Origin: a virus
Virus record (IMG/VR): IMGVR_UViG_3300024999_000086
Location: 8,109-72,108 of that record
Length of the DNA stretch: 64,000 nucleotides
Strand: one strand, 5' to 3'
Shown one piece after another: positions 29,224 to 38,977 of the stretch. Made by a program: the position numbers and the translations under genes. A model generated the notes under the pieces. That model saw only the letters and a program-made list of their open reading frames with translations, did no database searches and had not been told where the DNA came from. Numbering within the stretch: the stretch's first letter is position 1; each line of letters starts with the position of its first letter.

Positions 29224-32200
29224 TGACAACCTCCCGCTCTGGCCACTCATATTTCTTACAGGACCCAAAGTTCGGCCCGACTTCCGGGGTACTCTCTGTA
29301 GGAATCTCCATCCCGTCATAAGGCTGGCACACACACTCATGGAGAATCGGAACGACAACGCCGACGTCTTCCTTATGGATCCTTGTGACAATCTCATCAT
29401 GTACTGAGGTCACCGACGAACATCGATACTTGAAAAACACCTCTGAACGCCACATAGCTGCCATGATTAACTTTGTTTGTTCAGCGGCACTACCTTGAAT
29501 TTTGAAACTCCACGCCCACCGGCCGGCCTTGGCTCTGTAGAATTTGTCATTCGTTGAGAACGGGACATGAAGGTGTCGGCGCCCTCCGAGAAACGTCAAC
29601 GAGTACTTCTGCTTCTCGCATTCAGCGATGTATTTTTCGACCGCTGGCATCAGTCCTGGGAACGCCGCAGCTTTGGCGTCCATGAATGCCTGAGCCTCTT
29701 CTTCCGGAACACAGAGCATGTTGCCCAACTTCTTCGCCATGCAGAGATATGACGTGGAGAAGTTGGTCTCTTTGCCTTGGTGTCGGATTCGACTCGCAAG
29801 CGGATCCTTAGCTTCGACAGCTGCCTCAAAAGCTTCATAAGTTTCCCAGTTCTGACCTTTCTTCTGGTCTATCCCAAACCCAGTCAGAGAATGCAGGTCT
29901 TTCTTAACATCCCCGAGATAGCAAGAGAGAAAGTTTGGGTCCTGGCTCGCCCAAGCTTGTAAACGAAGCTCCTGCCCAGAGATATCCTGAGTACACAGAA
30001 CATGATTCTCGTCGCCCGCGGTAACCATTTCTCTAAGCTCGCGACCTTTCTTCTTGGGCATTTGAGCCAGGTTGGGCGCCCCATGGGAGAAACGTCTTGT
30101 TGACGTCGACGACTGATTGAGGTGGTGGTGAAGCTTGCCGTCTTTCCAGTGTACAAGTACTGGATACCGTTCATAAAATAAGCTAAAGCGGGTGATGATC
30201 TTCTTCAACTCCAAGAGCGTCTTAAAGGCGTCTTCGTACTGCCCGACGTCACCAAAGGCAATGGCGTTCTTGATGGCCTCTTCGTCGGTCGAAGGTGTGC
30301 CGCCTTTACCTTCTTTGCGCATCTTGTCCGTGGGTTTGTTCCTGATCCGGATAGGCATATTCAGGGCGTCGTACATCAGCCGAGTGGCGTCCATCGGGCT
30401 GCCGGGGTTGAAGACAGGGTCGGGCACCCACCGGGCCTCGTACTCAGCGTTGACCTTGTCCAGGTCGCCGGAGGCAATAGCCTCGGCCAAAGGCTCTTCA
30501 GTGAAGAACTTCGCCAACTCTTCCAGCTTCCGAGCTTGGCACTTGAATGGCTCGCCGTAGAGAACACCGTACATCCTCTTGATCTGGACGCCGTTGAGTT
30601 CGGTCAAGGCGTCGAAGTAGGTTCCCGGCCACCTGTGGACCTCGACGTTGACCTTGCCGTCAGGAGTTCTGATGTTGGTCTTCCACTCCAGATCCATCAG
30701 GAACTGCCGGAACTTCCACCAGTGTTGATTGTAGGCTTCCTGGTCCCGGGCGGAAAGTTCTTCAACTTTGTCAAGGTCGCAGTCGACGCCGCGGTGCATA
30801 GCCAGGGCAGCAGTGTATTGGCAGTCCTGCTCGACTTCGACGAAGACGTCCAAAGTACGTTCATACTCCATTATGGCCGTGAACAAGTTCCACAATGCGT
30901 CCGTACAGAGGGTGTCGTCAAGGCCGTAATTGAGGACCTCCTGCCCGGTTACTTCAAACATGCCGGACTTGCCGGCCAGGGTCTCTTCGTAAGTCAACTG
31001 GGTGTAATGTAACCACTTTTTCGACAGTGACTTCAGGCCGGTGATCGGCGTGTTCTCATCTACGTAGTTGGCAGCAATCTTGGTGTCATGAACATTCGGG
31101 AGAAATCCGTGATCGCCAAAGGTCTGATCTTCGCCGAACTCCCGGAACAGCACAGGCAACTCGAATCCCCCAGCCCGATGGCAAAGTATTGGGGTCGTCT
31201 TCGGGATCCATCTGAGGACCTCCTTCAGGTCGTCAAGCAGGACGTTGTCCGTGTCCTTGTGCCGGATCGGGAAATAAAAACTGTGGGGCCCGGCCGTCAA
31301 ACCGCAGCCGGCGAGTTCAGAGCCGAAGACGTCGATCTTCTCACCGTTCTTTGCCAACCACTCTTTCGACTCCGGCGGGGTGTCGGTCTCGATGTCGAGC
31401 GCGACGTGCTGTGCAGACTCCAGGGCCTGGCGAATCGTCGCGGCCCTGGTCTCGATGTTGCTGTCGGTAATCAGTCGACGAGACGGCCACCACTTCTCCA
31501 TGCCCTCCTCAAACCGAAGCTTCTGCACACCACCTTCCCACTTGATTCTGTGTGCCGGCACGTGCTGAAAAGAGAACAACGCCCAGGCCGTGTACGCCGT
31601 CTGCATGTCGTCAAGGATCAACTGCAGGCATGGCAGGTCAGCAACGTCTTCCTCCAGCCGGTGCAGTTCGTCATTCTCGAGCAACTCAGCCATCATGTCC
31701 AAGCCCTCGGCGCCAAAGGCCTCGATCAGCTTCATAAACTTCTGCGGGCCAAACCCCTTCACCGAGGGGACGTTGTCAGATTGATCGCCCTTGACCAGGA
31801 CCTTCCAGACCTTGATGTGGTTGGGCTCGATCAATCCGGAGGGGTGAGGAGGGTTGAGTTGGCCCTCAAGAAAGATGTCGCCGTCAAGGCACTGGAGGTC
31901 CCGGTCCCGCGTCCAGATAATCGTGTGCCGGAACCTGTTTGAAATCTCGGCGACTAAGTCGTCAGCCTCGTAGCCTTCCTTGGGCGTGGCTACGATTCCA
32001 CCGAAGTCCTTGATCAGGGCTTCAGCCTTTGCCATCGCCGCGGAGTACGCCGCATACCACTCCGGCGGCCGGGGCTCACGGTTGGCTTTGTATTCGGGAT
32101 AGATCTTGATCCTGTTGCCGCGGGAGTTCACCGGGTCCTTGACAAAGATCACGTCGGCCGGGCTGAACTTCAGATCCGTCAACGTCTTGACCAGCGTCCC

Positions 32201-32365
32201 TTTAAACGTGTCGTAGATGTCGGCGTCGGTCTGGACGTAGTACTTGCGGCCCTCAAAGACGATCTCAGTCTCGTCTTCTTCGTGACGAACGTATGCGCAG
32301 GCAGTCATAATCGACGAGGCGTCGATCACGAGTCGGGCCTTGTGCACTCCGGGAAGGTCAAGCAT
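29216..32365 (-). CDS. polA: Family A DNA polymerase with 5'-3' and 3'-5' exonuclease domains
   Basis: 5'-exo: YKANR, EADD, GDQSDNVPSVKGFG. ExoI: LDIET. Polymerase motifs A DISGQELR, B RHQGKETNF..Y and C VHDE. Confidence 0.93.
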   Translation of the reverse strand: MLDLPGVHKARLVIDASSIMTACAYVRHEEDETEIVFEGRKYYVQTDADIYDTFKGTLVKTLTDLKFSPADVIFVKDPVNSRGNRIKIYPEYKANREPRPPEWYAAYSAAMAKAEALIKDFGGIVATPKEGYEADDLVAEISNRFRHTIIWTRDRDLQCLDGDIFLEGQLNPPHPSGLIEPNHIKVWKVLVKGDQSDNVPSVKGFGPQKFMKLIEAFGAEGLDMMAELLENDELHRLEEDVADLPCLQLILDDMQTAYTAWALFSFQHVPAHRIKWEGGVQKLRFEEGMEKWWPSRRLITDSNIETRAATIRQALESAQHVALDIETDTPPESKEWLAKNGEKIDVFGSELAGCGLTAGPHSFYFPIRHKDTDNVLLDDLKEVLRWIPKTTPILCHRAGGFELPVLFREFGEDQTFGDHGFLPNVHDTKIAANYVDENTPITGLKSLSKKWLHYTQLTYEETLAGKSGMFEVTGQEVLNYGLDDTLCTDALWNLFTAIMEYERTLDVFVEVEQDCQYTAALAMHRGVDCDLDKVEELSARDQEAYNQHWWKFRQFLMDLEWKTNIRTPDGKVNVEVHRWPGTYFDALTELNGVQIKRMYGVLYGEPFKCQARKLEELAKFFTEEPLAEAIASGDLDKVNAEYEARWVPDPVFNPGSPMDATRLMYDALNMPIRIRNKPTDKMRKEGKGGTPSTDEEAIKNAIAFGDVGQYEDAFKTLLELKKIITRFSLFYERYPVLVHWKDGKLHHHLNQSSTSTRRFSHGAPNLAQMPKKKGRELREMVTAGDENHVLCTQDISGQELRLQAWASQDPNFLSCYLGDVKKDLHSLTGFGIDQKKGQNWETYEAFEAAVEAKDPLASRIRHQGKETNFSTSYLCMAKKLGNMLCVPEEEAQAFMDAKAAAFPGLMPAVEKYIAECEKQKYSLTFLGGRRHLHVPFSTNDKFYRAKAGRWAWSFKIQGSAAEQTKLIMAAMWRSEVFFKYRCSSVTSVHDEIVTRIHKEDVGVVVPILHECVCQPYDGMEIPTESTPEVGPNFGSCKKYEWPEREVVNG

Positions 32366-33006
32366 TTTCGAGGATCTCCAAGGCATCCTTAATCGTTGTC
32401 GAAATGAAAAAGTCCTCATCATTCCAGCGCACCGGGATGCTCATCTTAGGGCAGCGCAATTCACTGCACATTTTTCCGATCATTTCTTGAGCTTGTTTGA
32501 GCCTCTCGGTTAGGGGGATCTCCCTCACTTTGGCCTCAAGCTCTGCTTTTCGAGCCTCACCAACTTTCATCACTCAGCCTCCTCAGCTTCGACAGACAGC
32601 CAAGCCCCCTGGGCATAGACTACAAAGGGTGAGGCATCATTTTTTCGTTTATAAAACAGCAGGCTGCCCTCAGCATCAATCTCCAGTACGGTGGCTTCGA
32701 TTGTTCTGTAGCTATTACCAGTTCGCCCCATCAACAGGGCAGAAAAAGTTACCAGATATCTATTCATCAGCGGCTCCTCCGAGAATCCTTACACACGAAA
32801 TCGTCCAAAATCCTGAATGCTTCGTCGAGTCTTGGGTCAATTTTCTGTTGCCGAATATGTCTCATCTCGTAGTTTATACTAGCAAGAACGCAGGCTTCCC
32901 TCAATTCTGAGGGAGAAAAATGGGCTCTCTCAATAAGTTGTTCCAAAGTATTGACCAAGTTATGATACTCAGGGTCATTCATGTATTTTTCTTTCGGTGT
33001 TTTCAT
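32358..33006 (-). CDS. Three small hypothetical ORFs (32358-32573, 32570-32767, 32767-33006)
   Basis: Coupled chain with GAGGAG RBS. Confidence 0.55.
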
Positions 33007-33020
33007 CTGTTTCTCCTCTC

Positions 33021-33053
33021 AAAAGTAAAAGCTGGAGCCCCCAAGAGGGCTCC
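33021..33053 (-). terminator. Rho-independent terminator
   Basis: Minus strand GGAGCCC-TCTTGG-GGGCTCC followed by AGCTTTTACTTTT. Confidence 0.7.
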
Positions 33054-33087
33054 GTAACTCCTTCCACACATGGTGAATGAGCTAAAA

Positions 33088-33151
33088 TTGGGCGGGCAGG
33101 ATTCGAACCTGCGCCTGCTAGGCCTAGCTGCTCTCCTTGAGCTACCGCCCA
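33088..33151 (-). tRNA. 64-nt tRNA-like RNA lacking an anticodon loop
   Basis: Acceptor TGGGCGG/CCGCCCA, D arm GCTC-AAGGA-GAGC and T arm GCAGG-TTCGAAT-CCTGC are intact. The anticodon arm is only GCTAGGCCTAGC. No encoded CCA. Confidence 0.7.
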
Positions 33152-33169
33152 ACGGTTAAAGATTAAAGT

Positions 33170-34006
33170 TTATTCAAAGTTGTAGCAGGAGAACGTGTTG
33201 CCACTGTAGGTCTTGACGACGACGTTGGCAGTGACGACCCGCATATCTTCCGGGTTCATCCGCCCCATCTTGATCTGGACCGCGGCCTGGACCTTGAAGC
33301 CGTTCCAGGCCTTGACCGACTCCGGCGACAAGGACAACATCGCCAGCTTGTTCATCGCCGGGCTGTCGTCCTGGAGCTTCTCGGCGCTGAGGACGATACC
33401 AAAGAGCTCGATGTACTTCTTGATTGCGGCCTTGTCGTAGCCGGCTTCCTGAGCTTCCTTGAGCGCCTGCTGCAGAGTCATCGACCCGTCGGTACACATT
33501 TCGCCGTCGTAGGAGAATTTCAAATACTCCTTGGCTTCCTCATCGTTCGATCCCGGGGCCATCATGTAGGTGTAGTTCCAGGACACCGGTTCGATCTGGA
33601 TCCAAGACCCGACCGGTTTCTTGTCCCCGTCCATAACCTGGCCGTTGCTGGCGGTATACCGCGGGATACTGCCGAAGGTCAACTCGCCCGGAGGGATGTT
33701 ACCTTCGAGGGAATCCAACGGGGATACCAGGCCCAAGCCACCGGACGTTGCCGGCGGCTTCGCAGCCGGCCGAGCAGCAACAGCAGTCTCGACGACGGGC
33801 TCGACCTTGGAATCCTCTGGAAGCAGGACCTCGGGAGTGACTTCCTTTACAGGCTCGGACGTTGGCACTGCTGCCGACGGCGAGGCACCTTTCCGCAGCC
33901 GAGTATTGGGCTTGCCGGTGGGGGTGTCAGTCGCCAGAGGGACGTCGGGCTCGGCGTTGGTGTCATCAGCAGGGGGCGGGACAGGGGTGTTTCTTTTCAA
34001 AGCCAT
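33170..34006 (-). CDS. Replication-region protein, possible ssDNA-binding protein
   Basis: Lies between primase and polA with its own promoter; disordered Pro-rich N-terminus and a beta-rich core. Function inferred from position only. Confidence 0.45.
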   Translation of the reverse strand: MALKRNTPVPPPADDTNAEPDVPLATDTPTGKPNTRLRKGASPSAAVPTSEPVKEVTPEVLLPEDSKVEPVVETAVAARPAAKPPATSGGLGLVSPLDSLEGNIPPGELTFGSIPRYTASNGQVMDGDKKPVGSWIQIEPVSWNYTYMMAPGSNDEEAKEYLKFSYDGEMCTDGSMTLQQALKEAQEAGYDKAAIKKYIELFGIVLSAEKLQDDSPAMNKLAMLSLSPESVKAWNGFKVQAAVQIKMGRMNPEDMRVVTANVVVKTYSGNTFSCYNFE

Positions 34007-34062
34007 TTTCTTACCTCATTTTCATTTTGTTAATCAGAATCAAACGCATCATCATTATCAGT

Positions 34063-34091
34063 TTTATATTAGCTTTTACTGTCTAAGTCAA
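34063..34091 (-). promoter_or_regulatory. sigma70-type promoter
   Basis: TTGACT-N17-TATAAA. Confidence 0.65.
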
Positions 34092-34114
34092 GTGTTTTTC
34101 AATCACCTCCTCAA

Positions 34115-36796
34115 TTAATTGTGACCAATCAGTTTGATCCCTTCAAAGGACCAATCCCCTTTATGTTTGACCATGCTGTACCGCTTGCACATGGCTTCAG
34201 TGAACGACTGCTTCTGGATTTGCCGGTTGTTGGTCCGGGTACACCACTCGCTGTAGGCCTGGAACACGACGTCGCGGCTGACGAAAGTATTAGGAATGTG
34301 CAGGACGTAGTCCTCGTCAGAGACAAAACCTGTAACAGGGTTGATCCGGATCTGCCACTGATCCATTATCCGATTGTGGGTCTGGGTATGAGTGAAGTGA
34401 TTCTGTTCCAGAAGCCGGGCAGCACCCTCCAGCGCCCAGTTTAATATCCCGGGGCCCTCGGTCTCGGCGATGACCCGGCCGTAATCACTGACCCGGTCCT
34501 TCTCGCTGATCACGGAGTCGAACCCAAGAAATAGCCATCGGCGAAGCATGCCCTCGGAAGCGTCGTCGGAGTCGATAAAGTAGTTGGAGGAGAAAATCTG
34601 GGAGCAGATCGGGATGAACGAGAACGGCGGCTCATACAGGCGCCGGGCGGAAACGAGTGAGCTGTCAACGATCTGTTTGAAAATATCCCCAGGAATCTTT
34701 CTGTTTGCCGGCAGCTCCGGCACGAGGTTGAGCAACTTCCCGGCCAACGTCGCCCGGTAGGCCCCCTCTTTAAGATCAAAGGGAGAGATCACGCAGACAT
34801 AATCCTCAGGGACGATGTGCCGGATAATATTGAACATAACGCCCTTGCCGTTGGCGCCCGGCCCTTTGAACAGAACCGCCTTGTGAAATTGGTAGTTCAG
34901 GATCCCAAATAAGATCGCACCGAAGATCTCCTGCATCAAGGGGATCTGCGTCGGGTCATTTTGAAACGCCCATTGCAGGAACCCGTCAAACATCTGAATC
35001 GAGCACTTGGGGTCAGCGTCGAACTTGAACATGTGCCGGATCTTGTACTTGGAGTCGTGCTTGACCTCGTTGATGTTCTTACCCTCAATCACATAACAGG
35101 CAGAGGGGGTGGCGAAACAGGGTTGATGATTGATAAAGAACGATTCATCCCTGAGTTTATCATAAATGTGAGAAGCAATTGCCTTGTAATCCTGCTTCCG
35201 AGAGCACCTGGCGACCCCGTCAAACTTGGCGACCATCAACTGCTGCACGGTGTTGAGGTCCAGCCCCTCCCAGACGCATTTCCCGTTATACTGGTAGACC
35301 TCGCCTTCGGCGCCGACGGCGTTCTTGGGCAGTTGCTTGATATAGAGTTCAGCAATCTGGTCGTGAGTGAGATCTTCGTCGTCGTCAGGAGGAACAAGAC
35401 CGGCAAGGTAGCCGTTCTCACCAGCCTTGTTCTTTTGCTCTGCAGCCTCCTTTTCCGCTTTCTTGAACTTGCTCAGGTCCTTGCGCAGGATCGTCGCACT
35501 GACGCCCAGAGCGACCTTCAGCTTGTCCAAGAGTTTCGCCTCGGCCACCGCGGAGTCTGCCGCGGACGTCACCATCCGCAACCAGTTCTCCTCGATCTCG
35601 GCGTCCGAGGCATTCTTCAGCCAGTTGTCAAACGTCTCATCATCGTGTTTGAGCCTGAACGTCCGGCCACCATGAGCAAACGAATTGCAAATGATGCTGC
35701 CGTCTTCGTTGACGAAAATCTTGGCCTTTGACTTACCGTACTCCGGTTCCAACGGGTCCCGGAATGACATCCCGACATACGACTGAGGGTCGTTGAGGAT
35801 ATCCTTGACGGCGACGTAGTCGTCTTCGTCGGTCTGGAGCAAGTCCTGTGACAGAAGAAGGCCTTCGTACCGACCGTTGATAATCTTCTTGGCCGCAGGC
35901 ATCGCCAGTCCTCCGGCTTTTGCCAACGACTCTGACTGCTTCTGGATGTAGATGCTCCTGACTTTGGCAATCTCATTACTGAGTTCGGCCTTCTTCTTAG
36001 CAATCAGAGATTTGACCGGCGCCAAGAAACTCGGATTGAGGATCTCGACCTTCCGCAAGTCGATTGTCTTCCCCGGGTAGAACTCTGTCTTCGGCAACCT
36101 CTGCGTCAGGCCCGACGTCAATTGGGCGCCGGCCTCAAAGACAAGCCGCTCGGGAGAGAATACCGCGGTATCGAATATCACCCGCTCCAGGGCAGTGCCG
36201 GCTGCCGAGATCATGATCCAGCCCAACTCCTTGAACCAGCACTCGCACTTCAAGGTGGTGATGAAAGCCTCGAGCCCGTCAGGGTGCTGGCAGGGAACGT
36301 AGACGTGTTGCCCGGTCAGACCTGTGAGTTCCTTCTCCCTGTCGTAGATGAACGACGATGACGACGGGCGCCACAGCATCGCCGCGTCACTCAGCGCCGG
36401 ATGCAACGCCCTGAGCTTGGCGATCAGACCCTCTTTAGACAAAGGTTGTTTCTCCGGCGGGGGGTCATAATCGAAGTAGATCATGAACTCGCTGGCGAAC
36501 TTGAACTCGCCTTTTGTCCTAGTAATGGCCCCGGGGTGCTTATCCTGCATCCCGGCAGCCACCAATTCTCCACTCGAAACCGACGGCACTCCCAACGTTA
36601 TGGCCTGGTTCAACGCCAGGCCATCCAAGATCCCCGCAACATCCTCGAAGTCGACGTCAACGCGCTTGACGGAACCCTCCGTCAATTTGCACTTGCTTGA
36701 GTCTTTCTTCAGTGCTCCTTCGGCTGTCAGCGAGAACTCTTTTGTCAGGATGCCTTGGTTTTTCGTGACAAGCGAAAAACTTATTGCACCTGACAT
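34115..36796 (-). CDS. Primase-helicase (N-terminal primase-like domain, D5/P4-type SF3 helicase, C-terminal winged helix)
   Basis: N-terminal 'YFDYD', 'SSS' and 'GQHVY'; Walker A GPGANGKG; 'FKQIV', 'FSSN' and 'RRWL' motifs. Confidence 0.88.
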   Translation of the reverse strand: MSGAISFSLVTKNQGILTKEFSLTAEGALKKDSSKCKLTEGSVKRVDVDFEDVAGILDGLALNQAITLGVPSVSSGELVAAGMQDKHPGAITRTKGEFKFASEFMIYFDYDPPPEKQPLSKEGLIAKLRALHPALSDAAMLWRPSSSSFIYDREKELTGLTGQHVYVPCQHPDGLEAFITTLKCECWFKELGWIMISAAGTALERVIFDTAVFSPERLVFEAGAQLTSGLTQRLPKTEFYPGKTIDLRKVEILNPSFLAPVKSLIAKKKAELSNEIAKVRSIYIQKQSESLAKAGGLAMPAAKKIINGRYEGLLLSQDLLQTDEDDYVAVKDILNDPQSYVGMSFRDPLEPEYGKSKAKIFVNEDGSIICNSFAHGGRTFRLKHDDETFDNWLKNASDAEIEENWLRMVTSAADSAVAEAKLLDKLKVALGVSATILRKDLSKFKKAEKEAAEQKNKAGENGYLAGLVPPDDDEDLTHDQIAELYIKQLPKNAVGAEGEVYQYNGKCVWEGLDLNTVQQLMVAKFDGVARCSRKQDYKAIASHIYDKLRDESFFINHQPCFATPSACYVIEGKNINEVKHDSKYKIRHMFKFDADPKCSIQMFDGFLQWAFQNDPTQIPLMQEIFGAILFGILNYQFHKAVLFKGPGANGKGVMFNIIRHIVPEDYVCVISPFDLKEGAYRATLAGKLLNLVPELPANRKIPGDIFKQIVDSSLVSARRLYEPPFSFIPICSQIFSSNYFIDSDDASEGMLRRWLFLGFDSVISEKDRVSDYGRVIAETEGPGILNWALEGAARLLEQNHFTHTQTHNRIMDQWQIRINPVTGFVSDEDYVLHIPNTFVSRDVVFQAYSEWCTRTNNRQIQKQSFTEAMCKRYSMVKHKGDWSFEGIKLIGHN

Positions 36797-36993
36797 TCCC
36801 CGGTCTCCTTAACCCAGTCTTCAAAATTGCCCACGGCACCGCCGGTAGCCTTCTTGATCTCAATCAGTACAGGAACTTCAGGAACTCGGGTTAGGTTACA
36901 CCAACGAAAGACAGTCACCCGGGATTTCCCGAGCTTCCGTCCGAACTCTGATTTAGAAATATCCTGCGATTGCAGATACTCGGAAAGTCTCAC
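36781..36993 (-). CDS. Cro/XRE-like HTH regulator
   Basis: ISKSEFGRKLGKSRVTVFRW...P....IKKATGGAV. Confidence 0.8.
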   Translation of the reverse strand: MRLSEYLQSQDISKSEFGRKLGKSRVTVFRWCNLTRVPEVPVLIEIKKATGGAVGNFEDWVKETGECQVQ

Positions 36994-37035
36994 GGGTGGC
37001 CACCTTTTGAAGAGATTTATGGAGCGAGATGATTT

Positions 37036-37065
37036 ATTCTAGGGGAATTGATACCATAAAGTCAA
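37036..37065 (-). promoter_or_regulatory. sigma70-type promoter for the HTH/primase genes
   Basis: TTGACT-N18-TAGAAT. Confidence 0.55.
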
Positions 37066-37068
37066 CAG

Positions 37069-38239
37069 CTATTTCTGATTTTTTAAATAGCTGGGTTTCC
37101 CCGAGTACTTAGCCAATGCTTTGTTCGCTTTCTGGGCGATACGGCGCAGCTGAGCGACAAATCCCTCTGGAGACAGCAGCAGGTGGTGCGCATTATGAAG
37201 GGCGATGTGGTGCTCAAAGGCATCATAGACCCGGCGCATGACCTCTTTATCCTGCAAGACAGCCATCAACCCGGGCTTTGACAGGAGAAAGTTCCGGACC
37301 AAGGCCTCCTCAGAGGCCCCCTCGTCGGCTGACATCACCATGTGGGTCGTCAAGAACATCCTGATTGCACGTTCCTTCGTCTTGGGGTCCTTGGTGGAGA
37401 TGAACTCATCTTTACATTGCCGGTTGATCTCGTCCAACCTGTCTGAAGACGTTTCTATCTCTGCCGGGAGGTCCTTGTCAAACGGAATCAAGTCTGTGTT
37501 ATTGTTTGCCATGTGGTTATCACTTTTTAAATTTTACATATAATCATACCGATGACTCTTACTGAGTTCATCCACTATTGCATCCCACTCCTTAGCTGGT
37601 AACGTTTCATAACATTTTTCACAAAGACGATCCGGAGGATCTCCAAAACTTGTCTCAATTTCTGATGTAGGCCGTTCTTGGTTACACGCAACACAGAAGA
37701 ATGTGCTTCTTCCTGCCTTAGCACATGTATTACAAATACGCCGACCTTTGGAGTCAGTCGATGTTGATTCAATAACTACACCAGCCCTCTCACATTGGGC
37801 TGCTATTGTGTTTCCTCCAGAATTATTAAAAACTCCAGAACCAACTATAGATTCACATCTTTTTAATGATGCTTCTGGAACTTCAATCATAGGTTTATTA
37901 CACAATGGGCAACCGCCGACATCAAAAGCTAAAGTTATAAAGCCCCCTGTAATAACTGGTGTGTGTAAATACATAATTATCCCCCTAAGCTACAGATTAC
38001 TATTTTTCACGCTCTTCCATAACCTCGTTCAGTCTATCAATAGCAGTCTGAAATCTCATCATTGCGTAGATCTCGTCAGTATGAACGAGTTCCTCAGTAG
38101 AAAAAACAATCGTAGAGCCGTAGATCCCTTTGAGCAATTGGATCTGGACCTCACCACGAAAGATACCCACGGTCATTCTGCAGTCGTCACCGAAGTTATC
38201 CTGCAGCAGCTGCAAAGCATCAAACAAATCAAGTTTCAT
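37069..38239 (-). CDS. Hypothetical ORFs (37069-37512, 37534-37974 multi-CxxC, 38000-38239)
   Basis: Co-directional ORFs; 37534-37974 is low GC with four CxxC pairs. Confidence 0.55.
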
Positions 38240-38254
38240 TATTGATCTCCCATT

Positions 38255-38791
38255 CTATTGTTCGTCATCCCCAATCTCCTTGATATCTCTCGTCAGCATC
38301 AACCTCTCGAGGTCCCCAAGTTCTTGACGTCGACGTTCTTCTTCGACGGAGAACTCCGGCCGGAAATTAGGCAGTCTGAATTCCAGATTATTACGGTTTT
38401 CCTCGATCAATTGATTGGCCTCTTCCAGGGTGTTAACCGTGAGCTCGACGCCCTCAAAACACCAACGTCCCTTCGACCTCACCATCTCGTAACGCTTCTG
38501 CAACTGCTGGACGAGAACCACTTTCGGCGGGGCATAGCTGGCGTGGTACGTTGAGTTGCACTCGTACCAGGCGTAAAAGATATTGATGAGGTCTTCCTGG
38601 GCCAAGACCGCGCCCGGCCGCTCCTTCAACATCAGCCCCATGAACATCTCAGTGATCTCGACATCCGTCCGAAATCCGTTACTGCCAATGGGCTGGATCA
38701 GGGCGTTGTGACTATGCAAAGCATACTCCTTGATGAACTTCTGGAGCCACTTGTTGAACGGCTCCTGCGCCAGGAGCTTGTCGAGGTTCAC
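38255..38791 (-). CDS. Protein containing a paralogue of the primase C-terminal winged-helix domain
   Basis: KRYEMVRSKGRWCFEGVEL versus the primase end KRYSMVKHKGDWSFEGIKL. Confidence 0.6.
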   Translation of the reverse strand: MNLDKLLAQEPFNKWLQKFIKEYALHSHNALIQPIGSNGFRTDVEITEMFMGLMLKERPGAVLAQEDLINIFYAWYECNSTYHASYAPPKVVLVQQLQKRYEMVRSKGRWCFEGVELTVNTLEEANQLIEENRNNLEFRLPNFRPEFSVEEERRRQELGDLERLMLTRDIKEIGDDEQ

Positions 38792-38976
38792 GCCCCCACC
38801 CTCACCTTGCTGGCTCTGTTCTCTTCCCGGGCACGGATCCCGAGCTTGACCAAGGTCGCAATCATGCTCGAGATCGTTCTGTCTTCCGCATCTGCCAATT
38901 CGCGCACCTGTTTATAGAGTTCCCGGTGCAACGACACTGACGACGTCACCCTTGTACTTTTTTCAAACCCAGACAT
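38788..38976 (-). CDS. Ribbon-helix-helix (Arc/CopG-like) regulator
   Basis: SVSLHRELYKQVRELADAEDRTISSMIATLV; the internal ATG at 38976 is the likely start. Confidence 0.7.
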   Translation of the reverse strand: MSGFEKSTRVTSSVSLHRELYKQVRELADAEDRTISSMIATLVKLGIRAREENRASKVRVGA

Positions 38977-38977
38977 T

